64,000 nt of DNA, from contig CAVVMW010000018.1 of assembly GCA_963749495.1 (NCBI GenBank), positions 160,001-224,000 on the forward strand, in the 5' to 3' direction. A program made the translations under genes and the position numbers. How positions within the stretch are numbered: the stretch's first letter is position 1; every line of letters begins with the position of its first letter. The notes beneath the pieces are model-generated. The model saw only the letters and a program-made list of their open reading frames with translations. It was not told the origin of the DNA and did not search any database. The stretch is from an uncultured bacterium. GTDB taxonomy: Bacteria > Verrucomicrobiota > Verrucomicrobiia > Limisphaerales > UBA8199. Below are positions 1 through 12,600 of the stretch, in pieces.

Positions 1-1
1 G

Positions 2-520
2 ACCCTTTATGTCGGGTCGTGGGATGGCAAACTGTATGCGATCAACAACCCGGCGCCGCCAAAGGTGACGTGCTCCGTCGGGACCAGCACCCTGTGGCCG
101 CCAGAGCATGACCTGATCAATGTTGGCTTGGCTGCCAGTGCGACGGACAACTGCGATGGCACCGGGCTGCCGGTGGTGGTCCAAGTCTTCAGCAACGAGG
201 ACGAACTGGCACCGGCCAGCGGCGACTTCTCGCCGGATGCCAAAGATCTCGGCGTCGGCACGCTGCGACTCCGCTCCGAACGCCGCGGTGACGCTCAGGG
301 GCGCGTTTATTTGATCGTGACCACGGCCACGGACACTTCCGGCAACACTGGATTCTGCTGCACCACGGTGACCGTGACGCATGACCAGAGTGCCGCGTCG
401 ATCGCCTCGGTGGCGGCGCAGGCAGCAGCCGCGCAGGCATACTGCGCGAGCCACAACGGCGCTCCGCCGGCAGGCTACTTCGTGATCGGCAACGGCCCAA
501 TCGTCGGTCCGAAGCAATAG
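2..520 (+). CDS. 3' part of a secreted PQQ-like beta-propeller protein with a C-terminal 'LWPPxH' Ig-like domain (5' partial)
   Basis: Frame open from base 2: TLYVGSWDGKLYAIN (PQQ-type repeat), then LWPPEHDL...LRLRSERRGDAQGRVYLI; stop at 518-520. Confidence 0.7.
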   Translation, partial: TLYVGSWDGKLYAINNPAPPKVTCSVGTSTLWPPEHDLINVGLAASATDNCDGTGLPVVVQVFSNEDELAPASGDFSPDAKDLGVGTLRLRSERRGDAQGRVYLIVTTATDTSGNTGFCCTTVTVTHDQSAASIASVAAQAAAAQAYCASHNGAPPAGYFVIGNGPIVGPKQ

Positions 521-821
521 CCACCACGAAATGGCTAGTGTGAGTTAGAACATTCGGCTCTGTAGCTGAATTCGTGGGTAACCGGGTGCCGAAAGCGGCC
601 CGACCGCCGACAGTGACACGAGGAGTTTTTCGCTTTGGCCCTTAAAGGGGTCATAAAGGGGTCAATGAGAATATACTATTCTGATCAAAAGGCTAGTATC
701 ACAATCTCATTGACTGATAAACATTAAGGGCGCTGGCGAAGCCGGGCGCCTCTCGGTATAAGAGCTGTCGTTGGTTAAGGCTAGTCGAACGACAAACACT
801 CAACACCGAAAGGCAACCGAC

Positions 822-1066
822 ATGAAGAAAGTAATGGCTGGAATCAACGTGCATAGCAACAACGTTGGGATAGGCGTGATGGACACGGACGGCAAGAGGC
901 TGGCGAACCGGAAGGTGCCCTGTGAGCTGAACCAGGTCGTGAGCTGCCTGGCGCAGTTCCGGAAACGGCTGGAACAGGTGGCAGTCGAGTCAACCTACAA
1001 CTGGTATTGGCTGGTGGACGGGCTGCGCGCGCTGGCCTATCCGGTGGTGCTGGCCAATCCGGCCGG
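822..1066 (+). pseudogene. IS110-family transposase N-terminal (DEDD) fragment
   Basis: MKKVMAGINVHSNN...VAVESTYNWYWLVDGL...VVLANPA matches the IS110 RuvC-like N-terminus; similarity ends in a tandem repeat. Confidence 0.8.
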
Positions 1067-1070
1067 GAGC

Positions 1071-1172
1071 TACGAAAATCGGTACGAAAATCGGGGTCAG
1101 ATCTATACGAAAATCGGTATACGAAAATCGGCGAAAATCGTAAAATCGGGGTCAGATCTATACTTTGTTACA
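1071..1172. repeat. Imperfect tandem (A)CGAAAATCG(G) repeats with two GGGGTCAGATCTATAC motifs
   Basis: About six CGAAAATCG-like units; ggggtcagatctatac at ~1093 and ~1148. Confidence 0.8.
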
Positions 1173-1764
1173 ATGTGAGTCCGGAAACGACACGGGGTCA
1201 GTCCCGCATTTTCGCATGTTGCCGCTTTCTGATTCCAGGAGGCCAGCATGGGCGCCGATCCGAACGCGAGCGAAAACCAGAAAACCAGGGTCAAACCATA
1301 GCATGGAGCGGTTTTCATGTTGACGGAGCGGTCGGAGGCGAGCTACCGATGGCCGATGCCGCGGTGAATGGGAATGTGCTATTCAGAGCAAAGGCTAATA
1401 TGAAAATCTCATTGACCGACCGCTCGACCCCTTTCCGGTCACTTCCGAAGGGGAGAGGGAGAGGCGTCGGCACCCCTTGAACTTCCAGGCGTCTCTGGTT
1501 CCTCGAGCCGCTACGGACCATTCTCCCTCTCGCCATCGGATGGCGAGAGGGTTGGGGTGAGAGGTCTGCCCGCGGTGCTGCTCCCGCCTTCACTGAGAAG
1601 GTGTGAAAAAGTGCCAAAACGGGCATCGTCCATGAAAGCACCCCTCTGTTGTCCTGGGGATTTTGAAGATTTTTGCGGTCCTTGGCGCCCGAAATCAATT
1701 TTTTCACACCTTCTGAGGCCTTACCCGTCGCCTTACTCCCGGCTCACTTCCCAATGGCCTGGCG

Positions 1765-2932
1765 TCAAGACCCAAGCTCCTGGGCCTGTGCGCGCAGCCT
1801 GGCAACCAGGCTGGGCAGGCGCTGCAATGCGCACTCCACTTCGGCGGCCGCAGTATAGGTGCCGAGGCTGAAGCGGATGCTGCTGCGGGCTCGGGCGGCA
1901 TCGTGGCCCATGGCGGTCAGGACGTGCGAGGGGTCCAGGGCGCCGGAGGCGCAGGCCGAACCGCTGGAGGCGCAGATGCCGGCCTGGTCCAGCAGCAGGA
2001 GCAGGCCCTCGGCCTCGATGCCCTCGAAGGCGAGGTTGGTGGTATTGGGCAGGCGCGGTTCGGAGGCGCCGTTGCGGGCCGAGCCGGCAATGCTGGAGAG
2101 CACGCCCTGCCTCGAGCCGATCCCGCAAGGCGCGCACGCGTGTGCCCTCCTCGGGCAGATTGGCCAGGGCCAGTTGGGCGGCCCGGCCGAAACCGACGAT
2201 GCCGGGGACGTTTTCAGTGCCGCCGCGCCGGCCGCGCTCCTGCCCCCCGCCGATGAGGTAGGGGTGGTACTGTGTGCGGCGCTTGACGTAAAGCAACCCG
2301 GCGCCTTTGGGCCCGTGCAGCTTGTGGGCGGAGAGCGAGAGGAAATCCAGGCCCGATTCCCGGACATCAATATTGACCTTGCCGGCCGCCTGGACGGCAT
2401 CGGTGTGCAAGGGCACGCCTTTGGCCCGGCAGAGGGCGGCGATCGGGGCGATGGGAAAGAGGACGCCGGTCTCGTTATTGGCCCACATCACCGAGACGAT
2501 GGCGGTATCGGGGCGGATCGATTTGTCGAGCATGTCCAGGTCCAGGGCGCCCTGGGAATCCACCGGCAGCACCGTGAGGGCGCAGCCCTGCTTTTCGAGG
2601 CATGCGCAGAATTTCAGGACGGCCGAGTGCTCGACTGCGGTTGTGACCACGTGCCGCCGCTCGGGGCGCGCGGCCAGGGCGCTATGGAGGGCGGCGTTGT
2701 TGGCTTCGGTGCCGCCGCTGGTGAAGAGGATCTCCTGCGGGTCGGCATGGATCAAGGCGGCCACACGGACCCGGGCCTCGTCCAAGTGGCGGGCGGCTTC
2801 ACGTCCGAACCCGTAGGGACTGGAGGGGTTGCCCCACTGCTCCTGCAAGCAAGGCAGCATCGCCTCGATTACCTCGGGCGCAACCCGCGTCGTCGCGTTA
2901 TAGTCGAAATAACAGGACCCCGGTTGGGTCAT
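1765..2932 (-). CDS. iscS: Cysteine desulfurase (IscS/NifS family), frameshift near 2110
   Basis: YFDYNATT, GNPSS, SGGTEANN, HTDAVQ, SAHKLHGPKG; catalytic SSGSAC lies in the second frame. Confidence 0.9.
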
Positions 2933-2974
2933 AGCGCATTCAGAGTACCAGAAATCGGGGGGCGATCAATCTGA

Positions 2975-3138
2975 AGAATGACGAATGACGAATGACGAAT
3001 GACGAATGACGAATGGCGAATGACGAATGGCGAATGGCGAATGACGAATGGCGAATGGCGAATGACGAATGGCGAATGGCGAAGGACGAATGGCGAATGG
3101 CGAATGACGAATGGCGAAAGACGAATGACGAATGACGA
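2975..3138. repeat. Heptamer tandem repeat (GAATGAC/GAATGGC), ~23 copies
   Basis: Directly visible between divergent genes. Confidence 0.95.
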
Positions 3139-3213
3139 AGCGTTTTGAATTGAAGAACCGGTTCCCCTTGGGCTATCACGGGGGCAGCTATCACTGTGAC
3201 TGAACACCAAAGC

Positions 3214-5536
3214 ATGAAGACGACACTCCCCCGAATCCTGGCGTTGCTGGGCCTTGCCACCACAATGCAGGCCGCCGAGTTCCAGGTGGCCACCAATGGC
3301 AACGACGCCAACCGCGGAACCCGGGCCGCGCCACTGCGCACCATCCAGCGCGCGGCCGACCTGGCGCAGCCGGGCAACGTCATCACCGTGCGCCAAGGCA
3401 TCTATCGCGAGCGCATCAATCCCCCGCGCGGCGGCGATTCCGATACCCGGCGCATCATCTACCAGGCGGCGCGGGGCGAGCAGGTCGAGATCAAAGGCTC
3501 CGAGGTAATCAAGGGCTGGGTGAAGGTTCAGGAGGGTGTCTGGAAAGCAACGCTGCCCAACTCGTTCTTCGGCAGCTTCAATCCCTACAGCAACCTCATC
3601 CGCGGCGACTGGTTTGATCGCCGGGGCCGGGATCACCACACCGGCGCAGTTTATCTGAACGGGGAGTGGCTGACCGAGGCGGCCAAGCTCGACGAAGTGC
3701 TGATGCCCCCGGGAACTGCGCCGGCATGGCTCTCGCAAGCGGGCCAGGACTATCTGCTGAACGTGGCCTGGTTCCGGCCCGGCGAGGCCCCGGACAAGGC
3801 CCGGCAAATCCCGGCGAGCGGCTTTGCCGCCAAGAACGGCACGCAAAATGCCCCCTGCTCGGAAGGCGGCGAGTGCCTAGGCTTCATAGCTGCCGGCAAC
3901 TGGGTTCGATACGAACGGGTGAACTTCAACCAGCGCACCGAGCAGATGGAGATTCGCGCCGCATCGGCCACAGACGGCGGGGTCATCGAGCTGCGCCTGG
4001 ACGCCCCGGACGGGGAGGTGCTGGGAACGTGCCTGGTCCCGAACACGGGCGGGTGGCAATCGTGGTCGTCCTTCAAGACCCGGATCAAGCCGGTGAGCGG
4101 GGTCAAGACGCTATGCCTGGTGTTCAAGGCGGCCAAAGCCGCTGCGCTGAACCCGCGCTTGTGGTATGCCCAGGTGGACGCATCGAACACCACGATCTGG
4201 GCGCAGTTCAAAGGAGTCAACCCCAACGAGCAACTCGTCGAGATCAACGCGCGTCGGACGGTCTTCTACCCGGACAAGCCCGGCCGGAACTACCTCACCG
4301 TGCGCGGCTTCACCTTGAGGGACGCCGCCACGCCGTGGGCCCCGCCCACTGCCGAGCAAGTCGGCCTGGTCGGAACCCACTGGAGCAAGGGCTGGATCAT
4401 CGAAAACAACGTTATCAGCCACTCGACTTGCTCCGGCGTGGCTTTGGGAAAATACGGCGACCAGTGGGACAACACATCCGCCAACACCGCCGAGGGCTAC
4501 GTCAAGACCATCGAACGCGCCCTCCAGAACGGCTGGAACCCCCAGACCATCGGCCATCACGTCGTCCGCAACAACACGATTTCGCACTGCGAACAGGCCG
4601 GCATCGTTGGCAGCTTAGGCGCCGCTTTCAGCACCGTCACCGGCAACACCATTCACGATATCCACGTCCGGCGGCTCTTCTCCGGGGCCGAGATGGCCGG
4701 CATCAAGTTCCACGCCGCCATTGACACGACAATTCGGGGCAATCACATCTACCGGACCTGCCTGGGGCTCTGGCTGGATTGGATGGCGCAGGGCACACGC
4801 GTCTCGGGCAACCTCTTTCATGACAACGCCGGCCAGGACTTGTTTGTCGAGGTGGACCACGGGCCGTTCCTGGTGGACAACAACGTGTTCCTCTCCGGCA
4901 CGAGCCTGCTCGACATGTCCGAGGGCGGCGCCTACGTCCACAACCTGATGGCGGGCCGAATCGTCACCGGGCCGGAACCCAATCGCGTGACACCCTTCCA
5001 TCCGCCCCACTCGACGGCGGTGGCGGGACTGGTCAGCATCAAGGGCGGCGACAATCGTTTCTACAACAACATCTTCGTGGGCAATGGCGCTGCGGAGCCC
5101 CCCAGCCGGACAAACTCGGCGCGCCCGACCCCAGTGGCGGCCGGGGTTCGGCTTGTGGGTCTATGACACTCGGCAATTCGGGCTCCAAACCTGCGGGAAC
5201 CTCTTCTATAACGGGGCGTGGATATACGCCAAGGAAACCAATCCTGTCGGGCAATTTCACAAGGATCCCAACGTGAAGTTGGTCGAGAGGGGCGGCCGGT
5301 TCACGCTCCATTTCAAGCTCGGCCCGGAGTTCATTCAAGCTGCCACTCTGACCCTGCCCGTCACCACCGCGCTCCTCGGCAAGGCCAGGGTCTCGGGCGC
5401 AGCCTACGAGAACCCCGACGGCTCGCCGCTGAAGATCAACACCGATTACTTCGGCAAGAAGCGGAGCAAGACCCATCCCTCGCCCGGACCGTTCGAGACG
5501 ACTGCCACGGGTCCGATGACGCTGAGGGTGTGGTAG
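3214..5536 (+). CDS. Secreted right-handed beta-helix glycoside hydrolase (GH120 beta-xylosidase-like) with internal CBM6; frameshift near 5100-5150
   Basis: Signal peptide; [59 protein letters not shown]6-like [10 protein letters not shown]...TGGWQSW; C-terminus continues in ORF 5084-5536. Confidence 0.8.
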
Positions 5537-5626
5537 CCGACAGAGGCAGCCGGCCGGGGCCCATGGGGGGTGCAGTTGTATCTAAATCGGAGCAACCAAC
5601 ATTGGCACACCCATGGGGATTCCGGA

Positions 5627-5705
5627 CCTTCGTCGCAGCCTTTGTCGCAACCTTTGTCGAAGGCCCCAATTGTCAACAAAGGCCACGACAAAGGCTCCGA
5701 CAAAG
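5627..5705. repeat. CCTTTGTCGCA-type tandem plus inverted GACAAAGG repeat between convergent genes
   Basis: Same unit recurs at 40684-40810. Confidence 0.75.
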
Positions 5706-5715
5706 ACGCCGGAAA

Positions 5716-6603
5716 TCAGCCCGCAACCGGTTTTTTGAGGAGTTCGATGAGCCGCTTCATCGCCGGTGAGAGCACGCGGCTCTTCTTGTAGAGGAGGCCC
5801 ACGGGCCGGACACAGTTGCCGTTCTCCAGGCCCACGGCCACCAGGGTCCGCGCCTGGATCTCCTGCTCGACGGTGGTCTCCGGCACGATGGCAACGCCCG
5901 AATCGATCTCGACCGCCCGTTTGATCGTCTCAACATTGTCGAATTCCATCACCGAATGCACGGAGACGTGGTGCTCGCGGAAGCACCTGTCCAGGGCTTT
6001 CTGGGTGGGGATGTCCCGCTCGTAGGCGACGAACTTCTGGCCGTTGAGGGCCTTGATGGGGACGGTCTTGAGCCGGGCCAGGGGATGCTGGGGATGGCAG
6101 ATGAGGACCAGCGCGTCTTTGCGCAGCGGCACCATTTCGAGTTTGGAGTTGCGCACCGGGTAGGCCACGATCCCCAGGTCCACCACGTTGCCCAGCACGT
6201 CCTCGTACACCTGGTTGGCGCGGCGATATTCCACGTGCACGTTCACGTTGGGGAAGTCCTTGAGAAACCGCTGGATGTACGGCGGCAGTTCGTGGAGGCC
6301 CACGCTATAGACGGTGGAGAGCCGGATTGTGCCGGAAATGATCTCCTTGAGTTCCTGCAACCGGCCGCGCAGCGCGTCATAGGCCTGCAGAATCTCCTTG
6401 CTCGAATCGTACACCAACTGCCCCTCCGGCGTGAGCCGGAAATGCTTCTTGCTCCGCTCGACCAGCAGCGCCTTGAACTGCTTCTCCATCGAGCTGACCG
6501 TCTGGCTGACGGCCGATTGGGTCACCTGGTTGATCTGGGCGGCCTTGGTGAAGCTCTGGGTTTCGCTCAAGTCACAAAACACTTTGAGGCTCTCAATTTG
6601 CAT
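5716..6603 (-). CDS. LysR-family transcriptional regulator
   Basis: N-terminal HTH SFTKAAQINQVTQSAVSQ; LysR substrate-binding domain. Confidence 0.93.
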   Translation of the reverse strand: MQIESLKVFCDLSETQSFTKAAQINQVTQSAVSQTVSSMEKQFKALLVERSKKHFRLTPEGQLVYDSSKEILQAYDALRGRLQELKEIISGTIRLSTVYSVGLHELPPYIQRFLKDFPNVNVHVEYRRANQVYEDVLGNVVDLGIVAYPVRNSKLEMVPLRKDALVLICHPQHPLARLKTVPIKALNGQKFVAYERDIPTQKALDRCFREHHVSVHSVMEFDNVETIKRAVEIDSGVAIVPETTVEQEIQARTLVAVGLENGNCVRPVGLLYKKSRVLSPAMKRLIELLKKPVAG

Positions 6604-6655
6604 GAGCTTAGTTAATACCCACGAACATGGCGCCGTCAACAACAAATCTGCGCCC

Positions 6656-9600
6656 TCATGGCCCCCAGGGCCGCATGTCGTACCAGCGCAACTGGTAGAG
6701 GTTGGTATTCAGGCCCAGCGAGGTGGAGAGCACGTCGAGGTCGGCCTGCATCTGGAGGCTGGGAGCGCTGGTGGAGCGGCCGGAGATCATGATCAACTTG
6801 TTGTCCGGGCTGGGGATCATATTGGGGGAGCCCGAATCGCCGCCTTTCATGATCGGATAGATAAAGGGCGCGATCTGGGCGGAGCAATGGCCCAGGGCCT
6901 CCGTGGCGAAGAACAGGTAAGGCAAGTCCGGGGTATTCGCGTAATAGGTCTCGACGCCGGCCTCGGAGAGGGCGGACATCGGGGTGATCGAGGGGGGAAC
7001 GTCCTGGGTAAATGCCAGCAGCCCGTAATCGTAGAACACGCCGTTGAGGGTGCCCTGGCGGGTGAGTTGGGCCAACACGGTCATTTGGACGACGGTGTTG
7101 TCGGCGGCGCAGAACCAGACGCGGAAACCTGCCAGGTCCGTGCCCAGGCCGGGGCCGGGCAGGCCGTGGCCGCGGACATAGGCATGGCGGGGGGTGATGA
7201 GGGTGGCCGGGACCTGGCCCAGGGCGCCCTCGAACTCGTTGCACTGGGAGATGGCCGTGAAGCCGTCCATGCCGTAGAGCAGGCAGTTGGTGTTCCAGAC
7301 CAGGAGCGGCGGCACGTTGGGCCAGCCGTCCGGAAGGGATCGCTGTGTCCACATATCCATCGTCCGCCCGTTGGTGTTGGCGATGAAGTTGTTCCAGACC
7401 GCCAGGCGGAAGGGCGAGGAGGTGGGCCCGGAGAGGTCGGAGAGGCTGCGATAGTAGCGGGGTTGGGTTCCCGGCGGCAGGGTGTCGTCGTATTCGAACC
7501 TGCCCCACGAATCGGCCGTGGCCGTGCCGAGGGTTACCCAGTTTGTGCCGTTCGGGTCGTCGGAGGACTGGATGGTGTAAGTCCTCCATGGAATGCCGGT
7601 GAAGAGAATGCGGCAGGTCCCGTTGGTCTGGTCGATGAAGGTGGCCGTCTGGGCCGGGCCGGCGCTCAAAAGGGGCTGGAGCATGACGCTGCCCACAGAC
7701 TGGGCGCCAAAGGAGTCCTGGATCGTGTAGGCGAAGGAATCGGCGCCGCCGAAATTGGCCGGCGGTGTGTAGAAGAGCCAGCCGCCGCTCTGGCTGATCG
7801 TCCCGCCCTCGACGCTGGCGCTGGAGACGCCGTCGAAAACGATGGGATTGCCTTCCGGGTCCCAGTCGTTGGTCAGGAGATCGCTGATCGCCACTTTGGC
7901 CCCGCTGCTCGGGAGACAGTAAACGAGGAATGGCGGGGCGACGGGCGGGCTGTTGACGACCTGCGGCGGGTCCAGCACAGCCGTGGCCCCCTGGAATACG
8001 GTGTCGCCGCTATATGCCACCGTGACGGAGTGCTGGCCTGCGGAAAGCGGGTCTGGAGTGAAGCTGGCATTGCCCCCGGCCAGGGGAACGGCCGGGCCGG
8101 CCTGGGCGCCATCGATGCTGAATTGGACCGTGCCGGAAGGGTCGCCCAGGCCCGGGTCATCGGCCAGGACCGTGGCCGTGAAGGTGCTCGCAGTGCCGGG
8201 CAGAACCGGGTTGGCCGAGGAGGTGACGTAGAGGACTGCCGCCCCCGGGCCGCCGCCGGGTAGGAGGCTGAAAGCCCGATAAGCCAGCAGCCGGCTCGCC
8301 ATGGAGATGGCATCATCGAACCCGAAATTTCCCTGATCATCAGCCGTGCCGTAGATCACCCAATGCCAGTTCCCGTTCGTCAGACCCTCCTGAGACTGGA
8401 TCTTATAGGTTTTCCAGGGGAAGCCGGAGAGGCTGATATGGTTGGTCTGGGTGCCCAACCTGGCGATGCTCAACCGGCACGAGGTGTCACCGTTGACCTG
8501 GACGGTAACGGTGCCCGTGGCCTGGAGGCCGTACTGGTCATGCACCGTATAAGTGAAGGAGTCGGGGAGGCCCAAACTCGGCGGGGGCTGGTAGAAGAGC
8601 CAACCGTTGCTGGCCAGGACCGTCGCGCCCCCGGCGGTGGGGCTGCTGGCGCCATCGAAGGTGATTGTCTCCCCTTGGGGGTTGCCGGCGGCCAGCAGAG
8701 TGTCGATGCGCACCTTGGTTCCCTGGTCGGGCGCGCGGCGCAGGAGGTAATTGGTGGCGACTGGCGGCGAATGGATGATGATCGGGGAACTGAGGGCAAC
8801 GGAGGCGCCCTGGAAATTGGCATCCCCCAGGTACTGGGCGCCGAAGATATCGGAACCGGGCGGGAGGGTGTCGGTGGTGAAGGAGGTCTGGCCGGCACCC
8901 AAGGGGATAGGCGGGCCGTAGGGGGCGCCGTCGAGCAGGAACTGCACCGCCCCGCCCGGCGGCGCACAGCCCGGGGGCAGCGCTGCATAACTGAGCGTGA
9001 ACGTGAACGCGATCGGCACGTGCGGAAGCGCCAGGGTGGCCGAGGAAACCAGGGATGCGCTCGTTGCGGCCTTGGTGATGGTCAAGGTGCCGTCCGGGGA
9101 GGTCAGGGCGTAGTCAGGCAGTTTATTGCCCGGGTCGTAGAGGGTGGCGTGAATGGGATAATCGCCTGCGGGACTGGTGATAACGGCCAACGTTGCGAAG
9201 GAGGCGGTGATATTGTCCCCGTTGACCAGGCCGCGAATGGAGCCGGTCAGGAGAGAGTTGGGGGTGCCGTAGGGGCGGCTTTGGTTGTCCGCGGCGACGA
9301 GCAGCGGCGCCGGGGCGATGGTGAGCGTGCCGTTATTGGGGGTCACACTGTAGTTGGAGAGCGCGCCGTTCGGGTCAGAGAGCGCGATCGAAATAGGATA
9401 GGTTCCCACGGGACTGGCCGGGCCGGCCTGGAGCGAGAAGCTGGCGGTGATGTTTTCGGCGTTCTGCAAGCCGGTCACGGAGCCGGTCAGCACGGGGTTG
9501 GACGCGCCATAGGTTCGGGTCTGGCTGTCCGCGCTGACCGCCAGCGGGGCTGGCAAGACGGTCAGTGTGCCGGTGTTGGTGGTCACGCTGTAGTTGCCCA

Positions 9601-12600
9601 AGGCGTTGTTGGGGTCAGTGATCGTGGGCAGGATGTCGTAGGTCCCTACAGGGCTGTTGGTGTTGGCCAGGGTCCAGTAAACCGCCTGGATGTTGTCTGC
9701 GTTCTGCAGGCCGGTCAGGGAACCGGTCAGGGCCGGGTTGGGCGCGCCGTAGGTTCGGCTTTGGCTATCCACGTTGACGAGCAGCGGCGCCGGGCTGATG
9801 GTGAGTGTGCCCGGGATGTTGGTCACGCTATAGTTGGCCAGTCTGTTGTCCGGGTCGGACACGATGGCGGAAATGGGATAATCGCCGGGAAGGCTGTCGA
9901 TCCGGGCCGCCGTGACGAAGGCGACGGTGATGTCATCGTTGTTGACCCGGCCCCGCATGGAGCCGCTCAGGCTCGGATTGGGCGCGCCGTAGGGCCGGCT
10001 CTGGGAGTCCGCGCTGACGACCAGCGGCGCGGGCACAACGGTGAGGGTTGCCGGATCGATCTCCACGCTGTAGTCAGCCAGTTTGTTGTTCGGGTCATTG
10101 AGCGTTGCGACAATGTCATAAGCGCCGACCGGGCTGTTGGCGTCCGCTGCGGCGGAATAGGTTGCCGTGATATTGTCGCCGGGTTGCACGCCCGTGAGCG
10201 TGCCGGTCAGCACCGGGTTGGACGCGCCGTAGCTCCGGCTCTGGCTGTCCGGGGTTACCACCATGACAAACGGGCGGACCTCGAGCGTGCCGTTCGAATA
10301 GGTCAGCGTGTAATTGGTTGCGCTGAGCCCGTCCGGCACGATGGGGTAGGTGCCCGCCGGGCTGTTGGTGTCGGCCATGGTCGAAAAAACGAGCGTGCCG
10401 CCCAGCACGGAGCTGTCCTCATTGTTGAGCAGGCCTATGAACCTGGCGGTGAAGGGCGGGTTGGTCTGCCCAATGGCGCGGACGGCGTCATTGGCCTGCA
10501 CCACCAGCGGCGCCGGCGCGACGGTGAGGCGGCCCGGCAAATAGTCAATGGTGTAATTGGGAGCGGCCTGGCCGGAGACCTGTATCGGATAGACTCCCAC
10601 CGGGCTGTTGGTCTGGGCGGGGGTGCTGCCGCTCAAGGGGCCGGTGATGAGGCCGGCATTTTCGCTGTTGACAAAGCCGCTGTAGGTGGCGGTGAGCGGG
10701 GGGTTGGGTTGGCCGTAGAGCCGGGTCTGGTCATCGGCCTGGCCGATCAACTGGACCGGGGTAACGCTCAACACGCCCCGGTTGGTGGTGACATTGTAAT
10801 TGCCCAGCTTGTTGTCCGGGTCCGAGAGGGCGGCCTGGATGGGATAGCTTCCCACCGGGCTGGCCGAGTCAGTCAGGACCGAGAAGGCCGCCGAGATGTT
10901 GTCGCCATTTTGCAGGCCGCTGACCGAGCCGGTCAGGACCGGGTCGGGCGCGCCGTAGGCCCGGCTTTGATTGTCCGCGCTGACCACTAACGGCGCCAGC
11001 AGCACGGTCAGCGAGCCTATGGAGGCAGTGACGCTGTATTCGGCGAGTTTGCCGTCCGGGTCCGAGAGGCCGGCGATGATGGGGTAGGTCCCGACCGGGC
11101 TGGAGGGGGCGGCCAGGGTCGAGAAGGTGACCGTGATATTGTCCCCGTTTTGCACGCCCGTGAACGTGCCGGTCAGCGGCGGGTTGGACGCGCCGTAGCT
11201 CCGGCGCTGGCTGTCCGGGGTTACCACCATGACAAACGGGCGGACCTCGAGCGTGCCGTTCGAATAGGTCAGTGTGTAATTGGTTGCGATGAGCCCGCCC
11301 GGCACGATCGCGTAAATGCCCACCGGGCTGTTGGTATCGGCACTGGTGCTGAAGACCAATCCCTGCCCCAAGGTGGCGGGGTCGTCGTTATTGGCCAGGC
11401 CGATGAACGTGGCGGTAAAGGGCGGATTAGGCTGGCCGTAAGCCCGGTTGGTGTCGTTGGCGGCGACTAGCAGCGGCGCCGGCCCGATGGTGAGGCGGCC
11501 CGGCAGATAGCTGATGGCGTAATTCGGAGCGGCCTGGCCGGAGACTTGTATCGGATAGACTCCCACCGGGCTGTTGGTCTGGGCGGGGGTGCTGCCGCTC
11601 AATAGGCCGGTGATGATACGGGCATCATCGCCGTTGACAAAGCCGCTGTAGGTGACCGTGAATGGGGGGTTGGGCTGGCCATAGGGCCGGGACTGGTTAT
11701 CGGCCTGGCCGATCAACTGGACCGGGGTAACGCTCAACACGCCCCGGTTGGTGGTGACATTGTAATTGCCCAGCTTGTTGTCCGGATCCGCCAGGCCAAT
11801 GTTGATGGAATAACTCCCGACGGGGCTGGCGGCGCCAGCCAGGGTCCAGAATGACGCCGAGATGTTGTCGGCGTTTTGCAGGCCGCTGACCGAGCCGGTC
11901 AGGGCCGGATTGGGGGCGCCGTAGGCGCGGCTTTGGTTGTCCGAGCCAACCGCCAGCGGCGCCGGGGCGATGGTCAGCGTGCCCGGGTAGATGGTCACGT
12001 CGTAATTGGGGAGCTGGCCGTTCGGGTCCAACAGGCCGGCCATGATGGGATAGGCGCCGAGCCTGGTTGGTCACATCGGCCAAGGTCGTGCAAAGGGCCG
12101 TGATGGTGTCGCCCTGCCGCAGGCCCGCCAGGACGCAGGTCAGCGGCGGGTTGGTGGACCCGTAGGGCCGGGTTTGATTCTGTGCCGTGACCGTGAGCGG
12201 TTCGGCCAGGATGCGCAGCGTGCCCAAGTTGGTGGTGACGGTGTAGTTGGCCAGCCTGCCATTGGGGTCAACAATGGCCGGCACGATCGCGTAACTGCCG
12301 ACGGGGCTGGCGTCATTGGCCGGGGTGGAGAAGCTGGCCGTGAGATTGTCCACAGTTTGCGCGGGGGAGAGCGAACCGGTGAACGGCGGGTTGGGGTTGC
12401 CGTAAAAGCGGGCCTGGCTATCGGCGGTGACCGACAGCGCTCGAGGCCAGACATCCAGGCTCACCGCCGCCGTTGCCGAGGAGTAAGCGTTGGTGTTGTT
12501 CGGGATGAACGTCACCGACAGGGTCCGCCCCGTGCCGGCATCGAGCAGGGTCCCGGCGGGGGGATTATAGACAAAGCTGCCGGGGGCGCTGGCCGTGGCA

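Noticed and set aside
2929..3401. ORFs with (IRHSSF)n peptides
   Set aside because: Translations of the heptamer repeat; no evidence they are genes
6398..10990. Long plus-strand ORFs opposite the MBG gene, and similar antisense ORFs elsewhere (e.g. 30413-32668, 56827-58593)
   Set aside because: Shadow ORFs expected in high-GC coding DNA; no recognisable domains
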